From contig CAXXSM010000114.1 in the NCBI GenBank assembly GCA_963663405.2, positions 1-18,468 on the forward strand: a stretch of 18,468 bases of DNA, read 5' to 3'. The DNA is from a bacterium. Its GTDB lineage: Bacteria; Hinthialibacterota; Hinthialibacteria; Hinthialibacterales; Hinthialibacteraceae. This document shows, piece after piece, positions 8,492-16,903 of this stretch. Positions within the stretch are counted from its first letter, which is position 1; each line of letters begins with the position of its first letter. The notes beneath the pieces are model-generated. The model ran no database searches. It worked only from the letters and a program-made list of their open reading frames with translations, and was not told the DNA's origin. Position numbers and translations under genes: made by a program.

Positions 8492-8921
8492 AAAAAAATT
8501 CAGGTTTCTAAAAAAGAGTGTTCTTAACCCGAATGGGACTTGAATGGAAAGAGCCTGCAGTATGAGGTGAAACGATGAAAGAACGATGTATTTATATTTA
8601 AATAAATTACTTTCTTTATGCTGAAAAAAAGTTAGAACCATGTTTTGCTTTGATAACTAGAGCCATTTCTCAGAAACATACAATCCATTAAGATCGTCCG
8701 CGTCATTTTGATTGACCGGTTAACTGGCGCCTCAATCAGGAAGATACAGTCTCTTTCTATATTGTAATGATAGTTACACTTTATCGATTCGCTCGTTGAT
8801 CTTTAAATTGTAATTGGTCAGCCAATTGAAGTGATTGATTCCTCATGCGCCTGACCTGATACTTTAGATTTCAGGGGAACACGGGTACGATCCACGTGAC
8901 ACTATTCCATAAGGAGATCCT

Positions 8922-10379
8922 ATGATGCCGATCATTTTTAGATGTTTCTATTCCGTTTTGTTTTTTTTCATTTTATTAATGTTTACAGGAGCGCCCGTGT
9001 ATGGCGCAGACAATGTGGAACCAACAAAACCGGTTGAACAAGAGGAGAATACGATCCTCCATCTGGGAAACCGCTGGATTCAAGCCGAATTAAACCTCGA
9101 TCGAGGGGGAGAACTGGAACAGTTTGATGTGGGAGGAACGCAATTTCTCTTAAATTCTGAAGAACATAAAATCAAGAGTCTTACAAGCCAGTCTACGGGC
9201 TTAAAATCATTGCTTCTTTTTCCAGACGATCCAACCAGTTCGAGAATCGTTTCCCTTCCAAACCATTGGACTCATTCCATCCTCGTCAGCGAAATCGGTT
9301 CGGCTACCAGTGTTCTGATACGAAGTGTAACGTCACCACCATTTTCAATGGAAAAAACCGTTACGATCCGGGCGGATGAATCCATTCTGTTTGTGACGAC
9401 GGCGATTACGAATAAAAGCGGCGAATCGCAGACGTTCCTACCCGCTGAAATACCGGTCTTTAATGCAGAATATGGAGTCAGTGGATTCCCCAACACCAAT
9501 TTCTTTTTCTACTCCCCCTATTCCCCCGCCTCGGATGAAGATAAAGGAATTCGAGTGCTGCAAGAACCGAATCCCCAAATCAGTCAATTCAAAATCCCAA
9601 AAGACTACCCCATCTTTCTAACCCAATATAAGGATCAGAACGCTCATGCGAAATTGTCCAACAATAAGAATTGGATCGCCGTCCACGATGGCAATACCGG
9701 CCAGGTCTGCGCGATTGAATACCGGTTCTTGTCAAAGAATATAAAACCGGTCCGTGACAATTTAGAAGTTATCACACGTGGCGCTGTCGTCTCAAAGAAG
9801 GGAGAAAAGAACTCTTCAAACGATAAATACATTAAACTTATATACATACTCGGCCATGTCACCTTGAAGCCGGGTGAAACCTTCACCTATTCGGCCGCTT
9901 GGAGTTCGAGCAAATGCGCCGGACCCATCGCTCATACCGCGAACGGCGTCGTCTTCCATAAACCGCTGGAAGTGAAGAAACATGAGTTTGGATTTTGCCT
10001 TTTCGGCACGATGGGCGTCCCCCAAGATGGGCCGGCGGGCGTTCAGTTTTTAGATGAAAAAGGGGATGTGATCTACTTTACAGTAGACAACAAGAAAATC
10101 GATTCGACGAATTACAGCGTTTCGTTAGGATTGAAGCCGGGTGATAAAAGACCCGCTCACATCGTCGCGGATTTGCCGACGGTTATGACACACATCTTCC
10201 AATTCCCTCTCGCCGAGGATCAAACCACGGGACAACCTTTACTTGATTACATGATAGAACGCACAAAAACAATCCGGTTAATCGAGTTTGATCGAACCAC
10301 GCGGAAAATCACCCGGATCGTAGCGGAAGATCATGCGCCCTGGGAAGAGTATGATGGGGATGTGACTCTCCGTCCGTAA
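8922..10379 (+). CDS. Exported hypothetical protein, DUF4380 / galactose-mutarotase-like beta-sandwich
   Basis: RBS aaggag and signal peptide ending VYGA. LGNRWIQAELNLDRGGELEQF and MEKTVTIRADESILFVTTAITNKS resemble mutarotase-like folds. The CDS is secure, the family is tentative. Confidence 0.7.
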   Translation: MMPIIFRCFYSVLFFFILLMFTGAPVYGADNVEPTKPVEQEENTILHLGNRWIQAELNLDRGGELEQFDVGGTQFLLNSEEHKIKSLTSQSTGLKSLLLFPDDPTSSRIVSLPNHWTHSILVSEIGSATSVLIRSVTSPPFSMEKTVTIRADESILFVTTAITNKSGESQTFLPAEIPVFNAEYGVSGFPNTNFFFYSPYSPASDEDKGIRVLQEPNPQISQFKIPKDYPIFLTQYKDQNAHAKLSNNKNWIAVHDGNTGQVCAIEYRFLSKNIKPVRDNLEVITRGAVVSKKGEKNSSNDKYIKLIYILGHVTLKPGETFTYSAAWSSSKCAGPIAHTANGVVFHKPLEVKKHEFGFCLFGTMGVPQDGPAGVQFLDEKGDVIYFTVDNKKIDSTNYSVSLGLKPGDKRPAHIVADLPTVMTHIFQFPLAEDQTTGQPLLDYMIERTKTIRLIEFDRTTRKITRIVAEDHAPWEEYDGDVTLRP

Positions 10380-10412
10380 TGACTAATGCGCAGGGAAATG
10401 AATCCTTCATTT

Positions 10413-10570
10413 GCGACTCCTCCGGTAAATTCACCCAGCCTTGAAAGGCTTTTCTCTAATGTCCCTCCGGGACAAAAGAAAATAGCCCAGGATTTCAATC
10501 CTGGGGATAGACGAATGAACTATCTCATTATAAATAGCATTTACTATAGTACTCACTTACACGATGCCCC
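10413..10570. mobile_element. MITE-like element, copy C (contains REP-like repeat 10461-10505)
   Basis: Right end GTACTCACTTACACGATGCCCC and a degenerate left end (..tcctccggtaa). CTTCATTT is repeated at 10405-10412 and 10571-10578 (10 bp CCTTCATTTG with adjacent bases). Confidence 0.65.
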
Positions 10571-10572
10571 CT

Positions 10573-13473
10573 TCATTTGATCTCCGATTCAAAATGATAG
10601 CTCCCCGCCTCGATCTCAAACACCAATCGATCTTTCTCTTTCCGTAAATACGTGACGCCCTCCGCTTTGTTCACGCGTTGTCCACTCTCTTGCACGGATG
10701 ATAAAGAGGCGCCGGGAAGATAAACCTTCGCGGTCGTATTCGCGGGAATCGACACATCCAAAACGAAGTGTTTTTCTTCTCTCGTCCAATTGGATTGAAT
10801 CCGGCCATGAATGGAATCGTATTCCGCTTTGACCCAATGAATTGGTTCATGATCGGGATTCGATCCTGGAGTGGGGGGATGGGGATGAATGAGGATGTGT
10901 TTATAACCAGGGCCCTCCGTGTCGATCCCGGCGAGATACTGGAACATCCATTCGCAGACCGCTCCAAAGGAATAATGGCTGAATGAATTCATGGCGACGC
11001 TGGCGAATCCATCCTCTTTTGTATAGCTATTCCAGCGTTCCCAGATCGATGTCGCTCCATTGGCGATTTCATACCCCCAAGAGGGAAACCGGCGGCTTTG
11101 CAGCAGACGCGCGGCCAGATCATTGTGTCCCGTCGAAGACAGTGTGGGCAGCAGAGGGCGTGTGCCGAGAAAACCTGTGGTCATCCGGTCGTCATTTTCA
11201 TGAATCATCGCCGCCAGCCGGGCCGCGGCTTGTTCCCGTTCTTCGCCGGAAAGTAGATTGGCGGACAAGGCGAGCGCGTAGGCGGTTTGCGTATCGACAG
11301 TTAAGCGTCCTTCTTCTTGAATGTAAGTTTTTTGGAACGCTTGTTTGATATTTTCATACAATTGATGGTACTTCGCCGCGTCTTCTTTTTGACCGATCGC
11401 TTCCGCCATTTCCGCCATGAGTTGCGCGCTGATGGCGAAATAGACTGTGTCGATGTATTCAAGAGGTGTTTTGGCGCCGAGTGTAAGCCAATCCCCCCAA
11501 CCGTTTCCAATGGACACACCAAGAAAATCAGGGCTGTTTTCTTGCCGGAATCGCAGGAACCGCTTCATGGATTCGTAATGCCGGTCGATGACGCGCCGGT
11601 CGTTATAGACTTTGTAAATGGTGTAGGGGCAGATGATCCCAGCGTCCATCCAAGCGGTCGCGAATCCTTTATTTGGCTTGCCGTGCATCATTGGATACGG
11701 GGCGTAGTCAGGATAAGCGCCGGAAGGAAGCTGGGCTTCTTCTAAATCGTACAACCACTTCGTATAAAAAGCGGCGGTGTCGGCGTTATAAGTCGCTGTC
11801 CGGACATAGATCTGCGCGTCTCCCGTCCAGCCGAATCGTTCATCCCGCTGCGGGCAGTCGGTTGGCAGTTCAAAAAAGTTGGCGCGCTGCGTCCACGTAA
11901 CATTCTTAAATAATTGATTCACCATGGAATCCGAGCATTCGAATGAACTGGTCAACGGTGTGTCGGAATGCAGGACGATTCCTTCGATCGTATCCAAACT
12001 GGGTTTCTCTTCGAATCCAGACAATTCCACAAATTGAAATCCATGATAGGTGAACCGGGGCGTCCAAATTTCATCGGCGCCGGTTCCCCGCAGAATATAG
12101 ACATCCGTCGCCTTCGCTTTACGTAAATTTTCCGTCATCAGCCGGCCATCGGGATGAAGCATCTCCCCGTATCGAATCTGGATTTTTGTACCCTCCGATC
12201 CACGGACCTTCAACCGCGCCACGCCCGAAAAATTCTGTCCCATATTAAATATGTATGTTCCCGGACTCGGTTCCGTGATGGCGATGGGGTGAATGGTTCC
12301 AGTTTGTTGGATCGGAACGGATGGATAAGATTGGATCTTTTTGGGAGGGATAAAACCGAGTTCCACTTCCCGCTCCCCTGCGCGATCGTAGAAGACCGCT
12401 TTTTCAGAGCCGTTCTCTTCCGCGCGGATTGCGGATTCCCATTCGCCGTCATCGAAACCGGCCTGATCCCATCCATCCATTTCAAGCCGGGCGTCGTATG
12501 TCTCACCCATCAACATATCCGCTTGCCGAATCGGCCCCTTACCCACTTTCCAACTTGTGTCCGTTACGATTCGTTGGATCGAGCCATCGCTGTACTCCAA
12601 TTCTAATTGCATCCGCAAGGCGGGGGTTTTGCCGTAGATATACCGGCCACAATGGTTTGGCCCATAACCAACGAGAAGCCCATAGCCAAGATAACCGCTA
12701 TACCAGCCATCCGCCACAATGGCCCCCAGCGCGTTCTCTCCTTGACGAATGAATTCCGTCACATCGAACGTGTTGTAGTAGACACGCTGGCGATAGTCAG
12801 ACCAGCCAGGGGTAAAAAATTGACGCCCCACACGCTTGCCATTGCAATGGAATTCGTAAATCCCTAAAGCGGTCGTGTAGATCACAGCCCGGTTTATTTT
12901 CTTTGAAGAGGAGAACGATTTACGATAATACCGGGCGGGAGGCAGTTCCATCGTTTCCCGCGATGCGGCGATTGGTGTTTCGTTTTTAAAATTGATCCAT
13001 TCTCCCTTCCAGTCTGATGGATGTAGAAGTCCCATCGTCCATTGCCCCGTTTGGCTCCAAGAAGATGGATTCCCATCCTTGTCCCACGCCTGTACTTTCC
13101 AGAAACAGAGCTGACGCGAGGCCAGTTTTTTCCCTGCGTAAACCACGTTCACGGTTTGGCCGCTTTCCGTCTTTCCGGTATCCCAAAGATCTCCTTCGTT
13201 TGCATCGAGCTGTTCTTGACTCGATGAGACTAGTATGCGGTACGCGGTCTGTTTTTGGCCTTTCTGGTTGGATTGAACCATCCAGCTGAGCCGGGGCGCT
13301 GTTTCATCGATCCCCAACGGATTCAATAAATATTCGCATCGCAGATTTTCAATAGTAAAATCGCTCTCCCCGCGCAACGGAGATAAACGCGCGTCTACAA
13401 TACGGCTATCGAATGAAAATAGTGAAAATAAAACGATCGAGTTCAATACAATTTTCTCCATATACATTTTCAT
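10573..13473 (-). CDS. Alpha-L-rhamnosidase, GH78
   Basis: RBS ggagagg. Motifs LRCEYLLNPLGIDETAPRLSW, PRFTYHGFQFVE, PTDCPQRDERFGWTGD, ATSIWERWN and MNSFSHYSFGAV. Confidence 0.97.
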   Translation of the reverse strand: MKMYMEKIVLNSIVLFSLFSFDSRIVDARLSPLRGESDFTIENLRCEYLLNPLGIDETAPRLSWMVQSNQKGQKQTAYRILVSSSQEQLDANEGDLWDTGKTESGQTVNVVYAGKKLASRQLCFWKVQAWDKDGNPSSWSQTGQWTMGLLHPSDWKGEWINFKNETPIAASRETMELPPARYYRKSFSSSKKINRAVIYTTALGIYEFHCNGKRVGRQFFTPGWSDYRQRVYYNTFDVTEFIRQGENALGAIVADGWYSGYLGYGLLVGYGPNHCGRYIYGKTPALRMQLELEYSDGSIQRIVTDTSWKVGKGPIRQADMLMGETYDARLEMDGWDQAGFDDGEWESAIRAEENGSEKAVFYDRAGEREVELGFIPPKKIQSYPSVPIQQTGTIHPIAITEPSPGTYIFNMGQNFSGVARLKVRGSEGTKIQIRYGEMLHPDGRLMTENLRKAKATDVYILRGTGADEIWTPRFTYHGFQFVELSGFEEKPSLDTIEGIVLHSDTPLTSSFECSDSMVNQLFKNVTWTQRANFFELPTDCPQRDERFGWTGDAQIYVRTATYNADTAAFYTKWLYDLEEAQLPSGAYPDYAPYPMMHGKPNKGFATAWMDAGIICPYTIYKVYNDRRVIDRHYESMKRFLRFRQENSPDFLGVSIGNGWGDWLTLGAKTPLEYIDTVYFAISAQLMAEMAEAIGQKEDAAKYHQLYENIKQAFQKTYIQEEGRLTVDTQTAYALALSANLLSGEEREQAAARLAAMIHENDDRMTTGFLGTRPLLPTLSSTGHNDLAARLLQSRRFPSWGYEIANGATSIWERWNSYTKEDGFASVAMNSFSHYSFGAVCEWMFQYLAGIDTEGPGYKHILIHPHPPTPGSNPDHEPIHWVKAEYDSIHGRIQSNWTREEKHFVLDVSIPANTTAKVYLPGASLSSVQESGQRVNKAEGVTYLRKEKDRLVFEIEAGSYHFESEIK

Positions 13474-13494
13474 AATCCTCTCCTAATGAAATCT

Positions 13495-13628
13495 ACGGAC
13501 AAGTCATAATAATCCCAGTTTTTCTCTGTGAAATCCCTATCTATCCGAGCCCTCCGTGATTCAAACAAACACGAGCGCCTAAGGCAAGTACCGGCGTTTA
13601 CGCCGGAGTCTTTATTTTCATCTACCCT
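13495..13628 (+). repeat. Direct repeat copy 1 (copy 2 at 13991-14108), flanking the tandem array
   Basis: Shared acaagtca..ataatc.cagttttt, gtgaaatcc.tatc.atccgagccctccgtgattcaaacaaaca.g.gcgcc and ggag.ctt.a.tttcatctaccct. Confidence 0.9.
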
Positions 13629-13685
13629 GGCGCTGCGTTCCGGAAATTTTACATGGGCGCCCAGGGCAAGTACTGGCGTTTACGC

Positions 13686-13911
13686 GGGTACCCAGGGCAA
13701 GGTTTTTCATCTACCGGCGCTATGGTGGTTGGCAGGTACCCAGGGCAAGGTTTTTCATCTGCCGGCGCTATGGTGGTTGGCAGGTACCCAGGGCAAGGTT
13801 TTTCATCTGCCGGCGCTATGGTGGTTGGCGGGTACCCAGGGCAAGGTTTTTCATCTGCCGGCGCTATGGTGGTTGGCGGGTACCCAGGGCAAGGTTTTTC
13901 ATCTGCCCTGG
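13686..13911 (+). repeat. 48-bp tandem repeat, ~4.7 copies
   Basis: Unit (g/a)ggtacccagggcaaggtttttcatct(g/a)ccggcgctatggtggttggc starts at 13686, 13734, 13782, 13830 and 13878. Confidence 0.97.
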
Positions 13912-13990
13912 ATAAATCCATCAAACCTCCAACAATCATCCCAACAATCAACATGATGAAAACCAAGCAAACTCACACATCATCGAATCG

Positions 13991-14108
13991 ACGAACAAGT
14001 CACGATAATCACAGTTTTTTTCCGTGAAATCCATATCCATCCGAGCCCTCCGTGATTCAAACAAACATGGGCGCCCATCGCAAAGGAGCCTTCACTTTCA
14101 TCTACCCT
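13991..14108 (+). repeat. Direct repeat copy 2
   Basis: Aligns to 13495-13628 but lacks the ccggcg-ttta-cgccgg hairpin. Confidence 0.9.
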
Positions 14109-14179
14109 TAAAAATATGCAAGAGGATAATACAGGATAAAGCCGTAAGGATTGACCGAGAGTAAGACAGAACGCCTCGT

Positions 14180-15091
14180 TTAATAAACATCACTCTTATT
14201 AACGCTTTCGATCATCGAGGGAGGCGCGCCGAGGGCTTCAAGGAATCGGATTTGATTGATTGAGTCTTTAATGAGATAATCATCCGCTCCCAGATTTTTC
14301 GCGGTATTGATAATGTGGAACGTGTTTTTACCCGTTATCATGACGATCCGTGTATGTGGATCGATCTCTCGCATGAAACGCAGGGTGGTCAAACCTTCCC
14401 CCATCTCCATGCTGATATCCAGCAAGACGATGTCGGGTCTTTGCTGAACGAAATAGTTGATCGCTTGAAGGCCGGATTCCACTTCCCCGGTTATTTCATA
14501 ATCAAATTTCTCAAGTCTTGCCCGCAGTATCCTGCGCGTTATTAGCTGATCGTCACAGATCAATACCCGTTTCCCACTATGTTGAACAAGTTGTTTGTTA
14601 GAAGTGTCTTGGATTGGTGTGGGGATTTTCGCCAGGATTTGTTTGGCTTTTTCAATGGTATTTTTAACTTGACTTGTACGTTCACACCATCCTAGATTTT
14701 TCAATCTTTCGATCAATTGAGGCTTGTATAGGGGTTCTTTAATGAGGAATTCTGTGGCGCCTAATTTCAAAGCGGTCTCTCTGTAAAAACTCAATTTCTC
14801 CGGCGCGAGGATAACAATATGTGAAATCGGATCGAGTTCCCGAAGGAAACGCAGAACCGTCAGACCTTTTCCCTTGGTTGTTTCAAGGTCTAACAGCGTA
14901 ATGTCCGGACGATTTTCGACAAAAAGATAAATTGTTTCTAAACCATTTTTTGCCTCACCAGTGATCTTAAACATATGTTGTGAGAGCCGAGCGCATAGCA
15001 ACCGGCTGTATTCTTCATCATGAACACTGACTAAAACGCGTTTCAGTGGATGTGACGCATTCATTCTTTTTTCCATTTGATGACAAAGCAT
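14180..15091 (-). CDS. Response regulator with two receiver domains and no output domain (start may be 15076 or 15064)
   Basis: REC1: RPDITLLDLE, LGATEFLIKEP. REC2: VLICDDQ, RPDIVLLDISME, VMITG, LGADDYLIK. Confidence 0.92.
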   Translation of the reverse strand: MLCHQMEKRMNASHPLKRVLVSVHDEEYSRLLCARLSQHMFKITGEAKNGLETIYLFVENRPDITLLDLETTKGKGLTVLRFLRELDPISHIVILAPEKLSFYRETALKLGATEFLIKEPLYKPQLIERLKNLGWCERTSQVKNTIEKAKQILAKIPTPIQDTSNKQLVQHSGKRVLICDDQLITRRILRARLEKFDYEITGEVESGLQAINYFVQQRPDIVLLDISMEMGEGLTTLRFMREIDPHTRIVMITGKNTFHIINTAKNLGADDYLIKDSINQIRFLEALGAPPSMIESVNKSDVY

Positions 15092-15392
15092 AGATGAAAA
15101 CCCTAGCTATAATTATACAAAATCCTAACAAAACAGGAAGATAGAAAGTGACTAGTTGGAAAAAAAGAATACATTATTTTTACATAATTTTACCAATTTA
15201 ACTCTTGGATACTAGCCATCCGATAAATGTTAATTCTAGCAACTTTTTATAAATATCAATTTCTACACCTTTTTTGTGTATTTTATACAAGTATTTACTT
15301 TTTTCTTTTGATTTTCTTCGATTCTGTTTTATGCTATGGAGACTATTGGATTTTCGACTCTATTTTATTCAATAAATGAAATACGCGCAATC

Positions 15393-16049
15393 ATGAGATT
15401 GTATGTCAATAATAAACGATCATTTACCTTGATTGAATTATTAATTGTCGTGGCAATATTAGGAATTCTCGCCGCCATCGCGGTTTCCAACTTTCAACAC
15501 GCCTTGATCCGCTCAAAGATCGCCCACGCTTATGTGGATATGAAAACCATCCATACCGCTGTCCAATCATTTGTATCGAGTGGGATGGAGAATAAGAATT
15601 CGAATTTTGGAAAAGGCGGGTTTTATTTAGGGGGCTATCCATCATTATACATACCATTAACAACGCCGATCGCCTATCTGCCAAACACGGATATAGCGAA
15701 GGATATTTTCCAGAAGAGATTGTATTTGGAAGATGGAGGAATCTCCTGGGAAGATACGTATTATGACTATATGGCCATTGGAATGATGTTTATTATTAAA
15801 GGGAATGTAAAACATGGGTGGAATTATGGTCTATTTTACACCTCCTCAATTGGACCGGATCATAGGCGCAGCGGAAGTAATTTTTTTGATGAACAGATGC
15901 GGATTCACTTTCCCAGCCAGCTGGCTTACGCTTCTACCAACGGCCTATTTTCAAATGGCGATGTAATCTGGTCCGCGCAGTATGACGCATTGATGGACGC
16001 TCCTGAGGAACAATTACAACAAATACTGGAATTAATTAAGGAACCATAA
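15393..16049 (+). CDS. Prepilin-type N-terminal cleavage/methylation protein (pseudopilin-like), paralog 1
   Basis: KRS|FTLIELLIVVAILGILAAIAV, LTTPIAYL, SIGPD, YASTNGLFSNGD. Start chosen because it gives the same 10-aa leader as the other two paralogs. Confidence 0.9.
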   Translation: MRLYVNNKRSFTLIELLIVVAILGILAAIAVSNFQHALIRSKIAHAYVDMKTIHTAVQSFVSSGMENKNSNFGKGGFYLGGYPSLYIPLTTPIAYLPNTDIAKDIFQKRLYLEDGGISWEDTYYDYMAIGMMFIIKGNVKHGWNYGLFYTSSIGPDHRRSGSNFFDEQMRIHFPSQLAYASTNGLFSNGDVIWSAQYDALMDAPEEQLQQILELIKEP

Positions 16050-16146
16050 GCTACACCATCTTGGATGACTCGAAAACCTTACGGATCGGAAGGACTGGTA
16101 ATATCGGCTTTTCTGCGCCAGATCATCGATCAGAATGCGTATCGAT

Positions 16147-16782
16147 ATGCGTATATCTTTGGAAAAAAAACACTCATTTACCTTGATTGAATTATTAATT
16201 GTCGTCGCGATATTAGGAATTCTCGCCGCCATCGCGGTTTCCAACTTTCAACACGCCTTGATCCGCTCAAAAATCGCACGCGCCTATGTGGATATGAAAA
16301 ACATCCATACCGCTGTCGAATCGCTAGTATCGAGCAGGATAGAGAATTTCAATCCGATTTATGGAAGTGGCGGGCTTTTATTAGGATTCTTTCAGTCATT
16401 TTACATACCATTAACAACACCGGTCGCCTATCTCCCGAACACAGACGTAGCGAAAGATATTTTCCAAGAGAAATATTATTTAGATGATGGAGGAATCTCT
16501 TGGAAAGACACGTATTATATCTATATGTCCATCGGGGGGAGTAGAGAATGGGCATGGGATTACGGGATGTTTTTCATCGCCTCAATCGGACCGGATAACA
16601 AGCGGAGTGGAGGGAATTTTTTTGATGAACAGAAACGGCTTCACTTTCCCAGCCAGCTGGCTTACGCTTCGACCAACGGCCTATTCTCGAAGGGCGATGT
16701 GATCTGGTCCGCGCAGTATGACGCATTGATGCACGCTCCTGAAGATCGATTACACGAAATGCTGGAGTACCTTGAGGAGTAA
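16147..16782 (+). CDS. Prepilin-type protein, paralog 2 (alternative start 16135)
   Basis: KHS|FTLIELL with the same downstream motifs. Confidence 0.9.
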   Translation: MRISLEKKHSFTLIELLIVVAILGILAAIAVSNFQHALIRSKIARAYVDMKNIHTAVESLVSSRIENFNPIYGSGGLLLGFFQSFYIPLTTPVAYLPNTDVAKDIFQEKYYLDDGGISWKDTYYIYMSIGGSREWAWDYGMFFIASIGPDNKRSGGNFFDEQKRLHFPSQLAYASTNGLFSKGDVIWSAQYDALMHAPEDRLHEMLEYLEE

Positions 16783-16903
16783 TAAACACAACGCGGATTC
16801 CGTTCGTATATTTCCCCAGTTTTTATATGTTTCCTCGATTGTACTTCGAGCCTATGGAATAATAGAATCATCAATACAGTCACCGATCAGAATGCGTATC
16901 GTT

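Noticed and set aside
8575-8601. Mini-ORF MKERCIYI after gaggtg
   Set aside because: Eight codons in AT-rich DNA with no further support.
7360-8921. c-di-GMP riboswitch, tRNA or other known ncRNA in the long gap
   Set aside because: No GEMM, cloverleaf or other known motif recognised by eye. An Rfam cmscan would be decisive.
10616-13289. Many short ORFs overlapping GH78 (likewise within GH89, the cyclase, the pilins and priA)
   Set aside because: Shadow or alternative-frame ORFs of well-supported genes, with no recognisable motifs.
13686-13911. CRISPR array
   Set aside because: The segments between the palindromic cores are near identical and only ~20 bp, and no cas genes are in the window.
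13528-14027. Plus-strand repeat ORFs (142 aa and 124 aa)
   Set aside because: They are open only because the 48-bp unit has no stop in those frames. They lack an RBS and run through non-coding repeats.
16772-16903. Long N-terminal extensions of pilin 3 (from 16772) and pilin 1 (from 15336)
   Set aside because: Not conserved among the paralogs. Downstream ATGs give matching 10-aa basic leaders.
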